The notes: a model not told the origin generated them from the sequence alone. A stretch of DNA of 64,000 nt from Raillietiella orientalis (GCA_036172245.1 JAYWIR010000011.1:1426001-1490000), one strand, 5' to 3'; numbered from the stretch's first letter, positions 1 to 13,900 are shown. Translations and numbers: made by a program.

Positions 1-2162
1 TGGAGCACTTGTGGTGAGGAACATCTTTGGGGTCACGGGAACCTCCCAAGACATTCCCTTGCCCAGAAAGCCCTCATTTTGCGTGGAGCGCGTATCGGCG
101 TCCCGAACAAGGCCGTGGTAAGCATCGCAAGTCTTCCCCAACTCTGAGTGCGTCTTCGAGTTTTCTCCGAATCTCACGGCAATGACATGGGATGAAAGTG
201 TGCACTTGGCACTTCTTGTTGGCCCTTTGGCTACATACTTCCCATACATTCATTTCCCTATTTCAGATCGAGACCTTTTCGGTCAACTGAATTCCGTGAC
301 AGGGTCACGAGCAGGAACTCTCCGAGGTAGCACGGATCGCATCAGTAGGGAGATTGCAGCTGTGCAGCGTGCCTGCAACTGGAGACCGATCTGGAAACAT
401 CGCATGCCGGGAAGAGCTTCAGCAGCCGATGACCAACGTTGCGATGTCAGGCCATTGCTGGGTGGAGTCAGCGTTCATGGTCAAGCAGTTCCACGAGGAT
501 TCGCAGCCGAGACTGTAGCGTTTTCCTCTCACACAGTCTGCCTGCACAGTTTTTTTCACTGGATCCGATCCATAGGGTAACGGAAAGAATGCAAGGAACC
601 GTCTCCATAGGGACAACCGATACGAAAATCGCGTTTGAAAAGTAACGTCTCGTTAAAAGCTTCACTCGCACACACAGTTAATCCAGCAAAACGTAAAAAC
701 TAATAGGGCTCGACAGATGAGAGATTCTTTCTTGTTTCTTGGATAGGAACCGGAAATACGCCGGGCTTTTCGATTTTACGAGCAAGTCGTATTTCAAGGC
801 ACGCGCCCGGTCACTTAGCAGGTAGAAACAAACAGCTTTCCCCATTGGGAATGACGCAGTTGCCTAAGGTCGTGCACGAACCTCATCGATGGAGCATCAA
901 TAAATATCGTGCGATCAGTCTATGCTATCTGCATGCACATAAGAAGTGATTTTTGCGATCCTGGATCAACTCAAAAGATGGGATACTCGTCGCTACCCAT
1001 AAGGCCACACCCACATACCTCGATACCCATACGACCACACCCACAAACCACTGTTCGCATTCCCTATCAAGATCTCCCCTGTATCTTGAACTTCTTGCCT
1101 TCGAACCACCTCAAGTGGTTTGATCTTTTTCGATCCATGTTGCACCGTGGCATCTCCGCTGTGCCGCAGCTCTCGTTCACGTGCTGTAGCTTCCTCTCCG
1201 GAACGCCCAGCTTCTTGCCCAGCGTCTCCATCCTCAGTCCGTAGAGCGCCATGACGTTGTCGCTCTTGGAGTTTTGCAGCGATTGGTTGAGCACCTGGTT
1301 GCGCGCACCGCCATTAGGCAGTGTCGGTCGCTCTCCTGCCGGTCGCGGTACAGGATGACCTCTTTGCGAGCCTCGTTCAGTCCCTCGGCGAGTTCCACGT
1401 GGTGCTGCTTAATGAAATTGATGGGCGTCGAGACCTAGCCGAGATTGAGGTCGACCTTGGCAAGTTGCCCGCTAGAGTCGCTTATGCCGACGTCGACTCT
1501 GTCCCCGCCCTCGGACAGCAGCTTAAAAAGCCCCAGGGTGGACTCGTGCAGCATCACCAGGCCCGTGATGACCGAGCTGAGGCTACTCTGCTCGTTGGTG
1601 TTGATGAGCACCGACTCTTCGACCTTGTTGAAGCGTGGTGCCAGCTGCTCAAGGGCCTCTCTCAACGAATGTCCTGAAACATTGAAGGCTTCCTTCATTC
1701 AACTTGTTAAGAGAGTTTGACGTATATCTGCGTTTTGCAGAGGCGCCGCTGTGATGCGTTTGACGAATAGAAGGCACAGTGTGGAAAAAAAATTGCGCTT
1801 TACTATGAAAATACGTAAGTTTAGGTAAAAGTTCAAACAAACTCATTTATCTATTTATAGTATTTTACTTACATGTTGATCAGGACTGCAACGTGCAGCG
1901 ACCTTATTAATCTTTTATGAAAACATGTTTGGAGTGATGTGAGGAATGCCGAACAAAGAAAAAATTCTCTTCACAATGGATTTGTTTACATACTCTTCCA
2001 CATAATCGAAGCTCTAATTGGGGTAAATAATAATTTTTCTCAATTAAAGCTTCAATTATTTTCCTCAATTCAGGCTTCAAACGAGTAGTTTTGGCAAAAA
2101 GTGATCTATGTAAGATATAAGCGTCATTTCAGTCTTTTCTGGCAAGCCCCGTCAACAGTTCA

Positions 2163-2550
2163 ATGTACCTAGAAAATCAAGAAAGAAATGCTTACTTTAA
2201 TTCTATAAAACCTTTGGACAAGAAACTTATATCCATAGATGTGAAACAGACTAATTTGTATGCAAGGCAATATATTGAAATTCATTCTTTGAGGAAACGA
2301 CCAAGGATGAGAAATTTTCATCCAACAAGCAACACAGAAATAAAATGTTTTATTTCAATATCGATATAGCAAGGCAATGTCAGAAAGCCAGAACTTGAAC
2401 TGCATGTGTCTAAAAGAGAAAGTATATCCACTCCTATCTTTAGCAAAGTGATGTCTCATCACAGATGTTTGCCACTTTGCAAATTGATTCTTTTCGAAGA
2501 TAACGAAAGCACGACTTCAAGAAGCAAAATTTCCAAAATTGAAACTGTGG
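2163..2550 (+). mobile_element. Degenerate piggyBac (PGBD-like) transposase fragment
   Basis: Translated pieces KLISIDVKQTNLYARQY...FHPTSNTEIKCFISISI*...KP...STPIFSKVMSHHRCLPLCKLILFEDN follow the order and spacing of the piggyBac N-terminal motifs (IV..TN.YA.Q / PT...EI..F / TP.F..VMSR.RF..I...L.F.DN). Interrupted by a stop; truncated. Confidence 0.75.
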
Positions 2551-3493
2551 CTCCTGTGGGGGTCCTTCTTTCTTCTCAAACCGTGAATCCATTAGTAGCT
2601 CGCGCTTCGAACGCCAGCCGTCCCCGACCAAGTACAGTTTCATCGGACGTCTCCCGAGGGATAGCGGGCGCCGGTCGAGGCAAAGAGCAGCCGCGCCCTG
2701 CCAATCGAACAGGTGGAGGCCCCGGGACAGAGGTGACCCTTCCTGCTCAGAAACGAAATCCGCGCGCATGCCCGAACAGCGCAGCCACCTGCCGCGCGAA
2801 CCGAACGGCAGCCCGCGCCACAGGGGGTCGCCCTGCAGCCGGTAATCCGACTGGTCACACCTAAGACCTGCATGCAGGGGAATGTTCGTAGGAAGGGCGG
2901 CCCGTAGAGGCCATCCGCAAAGGTCAGGATAGGCGTACCATAATGGCGGAAATGAGTCCGGATGGACTGGAGAGACACGTCGGGCCAATATCCCAACTCG
3001 GGAGCGCGCCCCCGGTTGCCAGGCACCTCCGGATGTCTTTGAAGAACAGCGGGAGGAAGGAAAGGGCTCGCGATCGATCGCGTTCCGCTGAAACGCGGTG
3101 GGCGCGTAGGCCACTCGGTGAGAACGGCCAATGAGAGCTGCCGAGCTGTAGGAAGCAACCGCACTTCCAGAGGAGGACAGAGCGGCGGAACGATGCTTCC
3201 TCGGCTCCGTGGACCTCTCCGCGCACCGATCGAAATCCCAGCGAAGCGACGGGCCTCACCTCCAGGGGGACCTCCTCTCTGACCGGACATCGTGGGAACA
3301 TGGGATTTTCTAGGAGGCGTGGTCCTCCCGGAACGCAGCAGGACGAAGAGGAGCTCGCTCGAAACAGGAAGAGCAGCAAAGGGCAGCGCGGGAAGGCGCA
3401 GGCACGACGCTTGGCGCGCTCGAGGAACAGGCGCGAAGGGGGCGAGCCCCCTGGTTCAAGGGACCCAAAAGCATCGTTAATGGGAGGTGAGTC

Positions 3494-3613
3494 GTTCACG
3501 GCCATACCACGCTGAAAGCACCGCCTCTCGTTGGATCGGCGAAGTTAAGCAGCGTCGGGCCCGGTCAGTACTTGGATGGGCGACCGCCTCGGAACCCCGG
3601 GTGCCGTGAGCGA
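3494..3613 (+). rRNA. 5S rRNA: 5S rRNA gene (eukaryotic)
   Basis: GTTCACGGCCATACCACGCTGAAAGCACCG...GAAGTTAAGCAGCGTCGGGCCCGGTCAGTACTTGGATGGGCGACCGCCTCGGAACCCCGGGTGCCGTGAGC matches the metazoan 5S consensus. Helix I pairs (3494-3502 with 3603-3611). Followed by a TTTTT Pol III terminator at 3617-3621. Confidence 0.93.
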
Positions 3614-4199
3614 CCCTTTTTGGCCGGCAGGAGCGTCGCCCAGCAAGAAGAGTTGCAGCGGTGACTGTCGTTCCAGCGTTTCGGGTCAACAACCCCTCCG
3701 ACGTTCGCTTTCCCTTTTGCTAAGCATCCCTCCGTTGCCGGGTGACCGACAAGCACGCCCGTGCCACTGTTGTGACGGCGTGGCCTTGGGGGCGCGGCGG
3801 TTCAAGTGAAAGCACCACCCCACCCGGCCGGCGCTTCCCTGCGACGGCTGCTTCTGAACCGAGGCCAGCGGACGTGGAGCGGCCCCAAAGGGCGCTCTTC
3901 GGACGACCGACTCGCCACAAAAAGAGAGGTCGCTGATGCCAGCGGGCATCCACCCCCTTCCAGAAGAACCGCTTGGGAGTTGACCCCAAGTCCCGAATGA
4001 GGTTAAAAACGCTTGTGGATTGCATGTGCTAACGCGTGCACTTCGCATGAAGACGAGGAAACGCGTTCATTCAAATGTATTCTTTGTACAGATGTGATGA
4101 GTACGCTGATGCTCATACGTATGGCGTTTGATTCTGATTTTCCAGCTCCTTCTTGCCGTAAGATTGCAACTACAAGAATTACTATGGAAACGGAAGCTG

Positions 4200-5960
4200 C
4201 TCATTATGAGCTCATTCATGCCACTTTGCAGAGAAGAGGCAACAGAATCGTACTTGAAGCTGACGTAGAGGCCGTAAAGTCATTACTTGATGAAAATCAT
4301 GAATTGAGTCATCAAGGGTAAAGCATTGTCAGAAGGAAAAGTAGCAAACAGTATATTATTTGAATTAAACTTCAATGATGAACGTCATCTACCACGTGAA
4401 GGCACAGATGTGATCTCGGATTGGAAAGTAACACCACCAAATACTACGAAGGCCTTCTGATGTCATCGTCCACCTTCATTACATCGCATTTGACGATGCA
4501 GAGCAATTGAGCAATGAAGTAAAAAGCTCTGCCAAAGCTAAAATACCATTATGGCATGTTGGCAATGACTGTTAAGCGAGGGTGATGAAGAAGAATGGCA
4601 TAGATTTATACAAACCTCAGCGTTTAAGTTTAAGCCCATTTTTCCAGAAATCGATTTAAGCTATGACTGTTCTTGCCCAATTTTAAAGACCTCAGAGCTC
4701 ATATGATCCTCAGATACTCAGACCTCAAAAGTCAGATGAATGTAAAAGTAAGTAGTATAAGGATACTCATAAAGTAACTGTGACTCAGCTGGAAAGTGAA
4801 CGGGTCATTAAAGCAACTAATGCGGATAAAATAGAGAAGATTATGGTGACAAAACCCCATAAGGCAGAAGATGAACTGCAAATAATCTGACGTTCAACCG
4901 TTACTTAATCGCTGGAAGGAATGCTTCTGCAAAAGGAGGTGCGAAAACAAGTATCTGCGGTTAGTCAAAGCCAAGTTCATTATCAAGTTGAAATGCCCCA
5001 TAGAATCCTTATTTATCTTAGATAAATAAGGATTCTATGGGGCATTGAAGATCAAGATATCGAATCTGGTGACTCGGAGAATCCTTCTATTCATCCATAT
5101 TATAAAAGAGTAATGGGGCTTCGAAGTAACGAGTTTCCAATCACTGAGATCAAGAAGGTAAATGAGACTGTTTAGAAGACAGTTGCTACCACTCATGGCT
5201 CATACTCTCGACTTCTTGTTCCTATAACTGACTCTGCAATCCTGGAGATTATCCATACAAAACATGATGGTGTTATTCATCGAAATAGTGCAGATTATAA
5301 ACTAAACGCACGAAACGTGGATTGGTCATCACGCCAGCGTGTAGTTATCAAAAAATTTATCGTTGTCGGACTCATGCAAGCCCTCAAGATGCGAATGAAG
5401 AAGGATGCCAAGTATGAGGAGAAGTTGATGAGAGTTTGGTTCTGACCGATTCTACCTAAAAAGATGCCCCACTGTGATTGAATCACCATAGATGCGAAAG
5501 GGGTGGAGAATAAAGGGAGTTGCGCATCCCTGGAGACCATCATGAATGCCAAAAGCGCCGAAGCTCCTAGCGGAAAACTGCTACTTTGCTACACTCATCG
5601 AACGTGGAAAGGTGAAAAGATAAAAGTAGTGAATCATGCCATTCATGTAGTACCGATGAACGAGTTGGACGCGATGAAATGGGGCACGAGTGGCCTTCAT
5701 GCACCAGTTGTCGAAGAACGTCTGCGTAATGGCCGAAATTCAAGAGAACTTACAACAACTCAAGGAGCATTCGTTGGTTCCTCCTTTGACCACGATATGT
5801 GTGTGATCAGCAGACATAAAACAGTCTGCAGCAATTGCGAACAGGGAAATAATTCTGCCGACTAATGTAACAGTGGTTGATATGGATGGAAATGGTAAAA
5901 GAGCTCATTCATCACCGTATGAGCCGGTATTGGAGCGGTTCACACAGACTAATGAAGTTA
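4200..5960 (+). mobile_element. Degenerate DDE integrase fragments (LTR-retrotransposon/Ginger-like)
   Basis: Two zinc-binding-like H-x-H segments (LLDENHELSHQG; LLVPITDSAILEIIHTKHDGVIHR), then PILPKKMPHCD*ITIDAKG and SSPYEPVLERFTQT, resembling integrase core motifs. Many stops and frameshifts; boundaries approximate. Confidence 0.5.
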
Positions 5961-7049
5961 AGGTGAATGCGTATCAAGAGTTTGATCTTGTACCGGCAAA
6001 AGCAACTTTCAATACGAACATCGAGAAGCAGTACAGGATTTTTAAAATGGAAGTTGTTGAGCCAGTGAAAAGTTTAACGAAGTAAAATTTGTGGCATTTT
6101 TATTACAGCCATAGATACGTATCGAAAGCACATTGGTCGGTGAGCAGCATTTGGCCCATCTCGGTCGAGGCGCACGTGTTGACCGCATCTCAAAACAGAT
6201 TTGTATCTCCTTATGTCATTTGAGAGTGCTAGAGACAAAATAAATATGCGTGCTCTCAATCCGATACTAGCTGAGAGTACGTGGTGGCATTTCCTCCTAA
6301 TCATTTGGGATGGGTAGAATTCCCTAGTCCAAATGTCGTTGGATTTATGTATTCCTGCTGTACTAGATGATCCTCTAACTGTTCGCGTCGTCCAATTCTC
6401 CTCGTTTCGAGGTTTCACTACTTTCCCTATCGAGAGAAGCAATATTCCCACAGTCATAAGTTGTGAATATCCATTTCGATAAAAATAGGTAGATTCTTCT
6501 ATGGTAATTTTTCGTCTTCATAAATCCTCGTTTTCAGTACCAGTAGTGAGAGACGGAATACCCTCAATGCCTTTCTCTAATGATAGTAGTCTGTCGTGGT
6601 CGATCAAGGGATCGTAGTCATGCATCAGGGATGTGTTTTGAACCCGTCTTTACAGGTTCCTCACCCCGTTGCTCCGGGGTGTTTGTTTAACAAAAAGAAA
6701 ATGACGTAGATAAGATATGAAGCTTCACGGAGTTCCACATTCATAGAAGGCGCCGAAGGAGTCACTGCTGTTGTGGACTGCCGCCACTCCTCCATGAAGG
6801 CTCACTGCGGCTTCTGCGACTCCCGAGGAGCATGGGAGGAGTTGAGGGACGACCTACCGGCATCCGAAACGTCCCTGCCCCAAGAGTGCGGAGGTAAGAG
6901 GACTTCTGCTCCATCAAGATCATTCGAAATGTCGCCTCTCGTCGCTTGCGCAACGGCTGTTGAAACGTCGACGGCCAGAATCGGCGCGCGGTAGCGGCAA
7001 CACTGCACTCTTTCGACCTCTCTCTCTGCTTCCGGAGACGTTCCAGAAC

Positions 7050-7400
7050 TCCCAGCAGAAGGTCGCGGACATCGAGAGATGTGAACGAGGAAAGCTACAT
7101 TTGCGGCAGCGCACAGCGCACTCGCGCAAATAGGCCTTTTGTTTCAAGCCTTCCGTGGAATGCGCCGTGCTCGAGGCGCGTTTCGACGAGGAAGGTCGAG
7201 TGAGGCAGCTTCTTCTGAAGTGGTCCAACGCAATCGACCTCGTCGTCACAAGCATCTACGTGCCCAGAGCAAGCCTTCGCCACAGAACCAGGACGCAACG
7301 TTTGTGCGACCTCCGTAGTCGGCGGCTGAACTGTGCAAGCACCAGCGTCGCTGATCTGACAGAGGAAAACTTCATCGGGCGGACGTGTCTTTCGGTCGCT
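7050..7400 (+). mobile_element. L1/Tx1-type LINE ORF2 APE-endonuclease remnant
   Basis: RFDEEGRVRQLLLKWSNAIDLVVTSIYVP matches the D..GR...L.......NIYAP endonuclease motif. Surrounding sequence is degenerate. Confidence 0.6.
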
Positions 7401-9470
7401 CCGTTCCGCTGCTCACAGGCTGTGCTTCTTGTTGTGCATGTGGCAAAAATGGCAACACTCAAAGAAGAAATCAAGGTGAGCGAGGAAGTCGTGCCCGCCG
7501 CTCCTGTGGTGGAACGGACTGCTGCCTCCACTTGTACTTCTTCGCCACTGGCGAGGAGTTTCGCCAAAGTCACTGCAGTGGCAGCGACTCGGGGGGAGGC
7601 GCCGGACTCAATAGAGTTGCGTTTCCCCCCGACTTCCCAGTGGGCTTGTCTCTTATGGAGTGGAAAGGGGCTAGAGGGCAAGGAGGACAGCATATGCGAA
7701 GGCTTCAGCGGGGGTGAACGCGTGGCAAACGTCGCAAGGTTTCCGTCGTGGGTGGGGCCTCCTTGCCAGCGTGCCAGCGGATGTCTGGTGCTCTGCGAAG
7801 ACGTCCGCGGTGTTCCTTCCGAGTTGCTGACGTTCCTTCACTGCTGGAAGGGGAGCGAGAACGAAACAGCCGGTTTCGGAAGAAGCAAAATTCTTCGATG
7901 GAGTCTTCTTGAAGGGCGTCGCCCAAACAAGCCTCACCCAATGGAAAGTGCAGGAGGCTCCACCTGCACTTGTGCTGTAGCCGCGGTGGAGATTGGAAAA
8001 GATTCCGGTTACCCACCTTTGATGGCTACGGTCCGAGTGGTCTTAATGAGGAGCGAGCCTCTAGGCTGAGAAGCGGAGCAGAAGCAGGCCTTCACTGAGC
8101 GGGACGCTGTGGGGCTTTGGAAGGTGCGGAGGTGCCAGGCAAAGCGCTATCTTACTTCTCCGACGCTTCCCTGTGAAGCCTGCGAAACGATGGCCACCCT
8201 CCATGGTGAGGCCCCAAAGGGCGTTTCTTGGACCGTCGTAGCCGATCTGGCTCGCCACAGGAAAAGAAGCCGTCCCCGAAGTCCCGTTCCTTTCCAGAAG
8301 AACCACTTTAAAGTTGATTCCGATTCTAGCACGATGTTAAAATCAAACACATGTGTTGATGGTATGGTATGGTATGTGTGCACGAGTATACTGATATGTG
8401 AGTTCGGATGAAGATGAATCAACGCATTTCGTTGAGCGAAATATTGTTTTAATAATCCATGATTGACTGAAATGAGTTTACATCTTTATTCGGTTTATAT
8501 ATGTGTTGAATATATGTGAAAGGAATGCGGAAGTTTCGAATTTTGACGGGTAAGAAAGAATAATGAAGAAGGAAACTGCTGGGAAAAACGCAAAAGAAGC
8601 AAACGGATGAGAAATAAGGAAAAAGAAATCTGGCACTTCCGTTTGCCACCATTTGGAGCACTCAACAATGGGTACATGAGACTTACATTTCTATGACGTC
8701 GCCCTGGCTACAAATCGGTCTTCAGAATTGGACGCTCACCTTTTCGTTTCGTGCATATTTCTCATGATGACCAATCGATGTCATTACATAGGATGGACAC
8801 ATGTATGTATTTCTCACAATCTTCTTTATATATGTATTTATGCTACGGATGAGTGAATATTCAGTTCCCAATAGATTTGATGTTTATACCTTTAATGGAC
8901 ACGTGTATCAGTATGCAGAAATGGAATATGTACCTATATGTATTTGGAAATGAGGAGATTATGTATTTTGATGCATATTTGTGCAGGGAGACACGCATGA
9001 ATTTTCTATAGTTTTCATTATATGTATTTTCCCTAAATGTAGATGTGTGTGACAAACATCATGACATGACATGACATGACAGGTACATGCTGATATTCCA
9101 GTACATGTCATCACATAGAAAGAAGATACGTGTTTATTTTGTGTAATCTTTGTAATACATATCACTCTGTGTATGCTTACTGGTGATGCAGAAGAGACTC
9201 ATTCTTAATATTATGACATGAGATGAACGTCATAAAATGGCATATTCATCTCATGAAATGTGATTTTATAAACATTTATCTTGGGATATCAGCCAATAAA
9301 TACTAGTATTTGTTAGTTGATATTCCAAGTTCCAGAACTTGTAAGAAAGAAAATGGAGAATCTCGTAGAATGGACATCCTTTTCCACTTTGGACTGTCCT
9401 TGAGAACAGCTTTGGGCTGCTAATACGAGGTGGACGGCCTCATGGAAAGTCGCGCCGCCCAGCTTACAGG

Positions 9471-9531
9471 TCGTGGTTGCTGGGCATCGGAGCTATCTCG
9501 TGGTTGCTGGGCATCGGGGCTATCTCGTGGT
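9471..9531. repeat. 27-nt tandem duplication (~2.3 copies)
   Basis: TCGTGGTTGCTGGGCATCGG(A/G)GCTATC occurs twice, plus a partial third copy. Confidence 0.9.
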
Positions 9532-10399
9532 CAGGGTCGCCTTCCGGAGTGAGCATTTTCTTCGTGAGGTGGCGTGCACACTGTTGCGCGTTCGCCCCTC
9601 GATGCACTGAAATCGAAGAGACAAAAGAGTTGCAAACACTTCTATTGAATCCAGTGTTCCATGGAGGCGATGTGCTTCTGAGCTGAAACACGAGCCATCT
9701 CGTTCAAACTTCGGTGCTGCATTTTTGTGTCTCTCTACTTTCGCTTTATCCTCAGAGTCTCTGGAACCAATTAACCATGCTGGGGTTCCATTCAACACAG
9801 AACTCAGGTTTCCAGCTCGTATTCAATTTCTGCCTTCCAGTGACGTAACATGCGCATTGGATAAGCGGAAGTCATGTGCCGTGGGGCGGAGCTTTGGCTG
9901 CTCACGTTGACCGGCATGTGGAGCACTTCAACATTTGACCTGAAATGAGTGTAGTGAAGGACAGGAAGATAGGGGTACAATGACGGAAATCATTTCGCGT
10001 AACAGCTGTATTACTTCGATCCTTTTGATCTGTTTTTTCTTTTTCTTTTTTTTATCGAAAAGGGTGTTTATCATCACATTATTTGTTTAGATGAGATCTG
10101 TTGCAAGTCGCAACCGAATAATGGAAGACTTAACTTTCCCTGAATAACACAATGGCAATTTAATTTAGGTTAGGTTGCACTACATGTCTGAGTCTCTGGA
10201 AGGGCATTTCTTTCTGACGCCTAGGGGTGGTGCCTGTCTCCCTCGTGCGAGAAGCACTCTCTAGGCTGACTAGATTCTCGGAGCAGTTCACTCCGGTGCG
10301 GGAATTGTGTACAGAGGCGGTGTATCAAGCTCCGTGGAGAACAGCTCAGACATTGGGCTCGCGACCTCTTGGTCAGCTGATGCTTCGAGTAGGGTGACT

Positions 10400-11300
10400 G
10401 GCTGTGGGGCTGTCTTCTCACGCGGAATCGATCGACAAGACGAATCGTCAAAGGATCAAAGTCCATTTTTGATTCGATTGCTGGAACAGAAAAGTGTGGA
10501 CACTTCCATTAGAACTTTCATTTGGCTTGGGGGAGTAGGCATTACGCATATACGATCGTCATGTTAATTTCTGAGACGTATATTATGTCCCAGAAATTGA
10601 CCAGCTTCTTGGTCTACGAATTCAGCTCTAGGTTGTCCAGTCAAATATCGGGCACCTATGTGTTAACGAGCTGATGCCGACATCGATTTGCGATATTGCA
10701 ATCTCAGCAGACTCATTTCTGACACTCTAGGGCAATGCCATGGCATATGGTGAAGCCCACAAACGTCGGAAGGCTTGAAACTTCACAGCATGGCGTTAGG
10801 AGCCCGCTGGAGCTGAACAAAAAGTGTGGACCTCGAGAAAGGCGCTCGCGGGTCGGCTGAGAAGCTCCTGAGGGATAGGGCGAACACACGCACGCGGACC
10901 AAGCTGCACGCCCTTGCTCGACAGCGAAAGCATCGCCGTCCTCTCCCGCAGGCAACCAGACATCTCTTTCAGAAGTATGCCTTTTCCACACCATGACATC
11001 CAAAGGATCCTCCGTCTCCTCCTTTCATCCCGAGTCCAGGAATCCCAGAGTCCATCCACCGTGCGCTGCTCAGAACGGACAGCAGAACGCACCTGAAGAA
11101 GAAAACGGAAGCAGTGCAGCCCTCCCTGTGACCCTATTCCCCATAATCTCGCCATTTCTGAGACATTCCCCTTTCCATTCCATCCTCCTTTTTTTAAAAT
11201 GCCTGTGGCTGAAAACGAAACGACCATTCCGGTCGAGCGAGGTCGCTTGGATGCCCACTCCATAGGAAGACTCCATGTTGAGCAGCAGGCAGGACCGTTG
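10400..11300 (-). mobile_element. LINE endonuclease remnant (degenerate)
   Basis: Minus-strand GVGIQATSLDRNGRFVF and LWDSW segments resemble APE endonuclease motifs. Heavily frameshifted; boundaries approximate. Confidence 0.4.
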
Positions 11301-12859
11301 CCAATCCGACGTCGCGAATACCCACTCGAATAGGCAGACCACGAACCACGAAGCCATTTTTTTTTTTTCCTTTTTGGCAATACCGGTTTTTGGCAATATT
11401 GTTCCTCTCCATCGATAGATACCAGCGAACAGAGAGCCCCATTTCGACATACCCGTTCCAACTCCACCCCGCTTCCGTTCACAGACATAGTTCACGAACA
11501 GCTGCTTTTCCTCCCTTTGCATTCGTGTCGTCGCTGGACACGGGGACGTTTCCCTGGCGTTCCAGATGCGTCGCTCTCTTCGGTGCCCCGCTGTTTCCCC
11601 CGGCAGTGGGGTGCCAGGCCGCCTCCAGAGAGTGTTCGCTCGCCTCGGCGAGTCTCCTGAAAACTGGCCACCTGTGGTGGTTTCCGTTTCCTCCAAGCGG
11701 GAAAGTTCGCCTCGTTACGGTGTGAATGGGTTTCACGATGAGTGGCTGAACGTACGAATGAGGTCACGTGTGAATGGTTGCGAGTGTCGTTTCGTTCCGG
11801 CAGATGCAAGATCAGTGTGCCTGGAGTTCTGGTGATGCCGAGTTGCCACTGCTATCCCCCGTCGCTAGTGGCACCACCTCGGCTCGCGGACTGTCCTGGG
11901 AAACGTGAGCCGTCAAAAGAAAAACAGACAAAAAAATAAATATAAAAAGAATGAAAAGTAAAAAAGAGTCGAAAAAGGTAAAAAAAAAATAATAGAACGG
12001 GAAAAAAATGAAAGAGAAAAAAAAGAAAAACAACGATCACAAGTATGAAAGCACTGTTGCTGGAAAATAGGCGGAAGGAGATTCACTTGGCTGTGGCTTC
12101 CCTGGTGTTGATGGACGCCCCATTGTTTTTTTTCCTGTGAGCGCTCTCCGTGGTTCGTGTGCTGTCGTGGTTGTCGATCGCAATGAACGTTTCGCCAGAT
12201 GGGTGTTTGCGCTTTTTTTTGTTTTCGAACTCGGTTGCTGTGGCTGCTGAAGTGGTTATGGTTTCACCCCTGTCCGCTTGCCTGTTTGGTGTTGGTCCGT
12301 TCTTGCTGTATCATGTGGGTGCTTTGGATGCTGCAGAAGAAAAGACGAAAAAAAATGAAAGAAAGGAAAAGAAAAGGAAAAAAAGAGACAAAAAAATGAA
12401 AGAAAACGAAAGAAAAAAAAAGAAAAGGAAAGCACAGGAAAAAAAAGGAAAAAAAACGGTGTTGACTGTGGTCTATATTTGCAACATGGTTGTTTTTTTC
12501 CCCATTTTGTGTTCCCTATTTCCCTCTTCCCCTCCCTCCCTTTCCCATTTGTGTATAGATGCAAAGGAGCAAAGGATGCTCCCTGCAGTGTTGGAACCTG
12601 CCTTGCAGTTGGCTGATCTCCGTCGACTCTGACCGCAGGAAGGGGCAGGACCTCTAAGTGCAGCGGCGTAGTCTTGCAATTGGCCTGAGGCCTCGCGCGA
12701 CACTCGCGAGGCAGCGGATCGCCACGCGCTCGCTGCAGCACCCTGCATCGCGAGCGCAGACGCAGAAAGGGCGAATCGTGGAAAGAAGTGACCTTTCCGA
12801 CAGCAGAGTTCAGCCCGCGGTCCGCCACCTTGGGTCGACGGGTCCGCATCGCGGGTGAC

Positions 12860-13900
12860 GTTGCCCGAGCCTAAGGGTGACGCCCCGAGAGCCAGGCTCG
12901 TTCTGGAGTTTTTTTTACTCAATAAAATTTGGTGTGAGGTTTGCCAGGGTCGCTGTGTGAAGGAGAATTTCTTTCTTCAAGGAGTGCTTTTGAAAGGAGC
13001 TGTGGGCGGGAGCGTGGCAAGGAGCGATGCCGTTCCTCTGGGGTGGCTCAGCCTGGCTTGCCTGCAGGGTTTTTCGCTGCTTGCGTCGATGGTCCCGGAA
13101 TGCAGCCGCATCAACCCGGGCTCTGACGTTGAGTTCGATCGCAGCCGCTGGCGCAGCGCCGTCTTCTTTTCGAATCCTGGTCGAAACCGCAGATTCCCTG
13201 AATCTGTGGGAGTGTTCCGATTGGGTGCGCCACGTGAAACCAATGATCTGGGAATTCCTGCTTCCAGCCCGAGCGGGATTAAACTCCTGGATGAGATGCA
13301 AGGTTTTCTTTCCGCGAACGTTCGACAGGAAACTCGGGGGCTCGAGGTGAAGTGGGAAGCCAGGAGCGAGGATCAGTGGAAGCAAAACCTGGAAGCGTCC
13401 TTCATCTCCAGGGGAAGAAGCTCTTGGGAGAAAGTGAAAGCACAGCAGCAAATGTCTTCCTTGGGGAGCAAGAGGGGAGTCCGCGTTCTTGGAGACTCTT
13501 CCGTTGTTTTCCCCAGTCGCGCCGCGCTTTCTTGAGCGAAGAGTTTTTACTCCCAGTAGTGCTCCTGCTGGAGTCAAGTGTCCTCGAGGAGTTCTGCTCA
13601 AGGACCCCTGACCTCCTCGAGAACATCTTTCGTTCATCCTGAAATGTGCCTGAACGGCAGCCGGCCGAAGAAAGCGGGCTCAGCCAACACCTAAGAGCGA
13701 TTGGCCGATGAAGTCGCCCGGACTGCGGGCGCGTGCAGGACTTGGGACGAACCTGACGCCGATCGACCACCTGCTGCACTCGCAGAGCTTCCACAATCCA
13801 GAAGATCCGAGAACTGAACAGGGATCTCGGACCACCCTTGCTTACGCTCGGGATGCAGGCGAGAAATCCCAGGAGGGAGCAGGCGAAGCCCCGAGTGGCA
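12860..13900 (+). mobile_element. L1/Tx1 ORF2 endonuclease-to-RT linker remnant
   Basis: IKLLDEMQGFLSANVRQ...W...W...F.S....WEKVK and ARDAGEKS resemble the Tx1/L1 post-endonuclease tryptophan-rich linker and the GEK motif. Confidence 0.4.

Noticed and set aside
990..1049. 30-nt imperfect tandem repeat, considered as CRISPR-like
   Set aside because: Two adjacent copies with no spacer, in a eukaryotic context; a simple duplication.
1067..1698. Minus-strand coiled-coil-like coding remnant
   Set aside because: Looks formerly coding (stop plus frameshift) but I cannot assign a family.
3690..3840. SRP/7SL-like start (GCCGGGTGGGGTGG on minus strand) next to the 5S gene
   Set aside because: No conserved SRP helix 8 motif or other supporting structure visible.
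11915..12460. Lys-rich and Phe-rich ORFs
   Set aside because: Products of A-rich low-complexity tracts.
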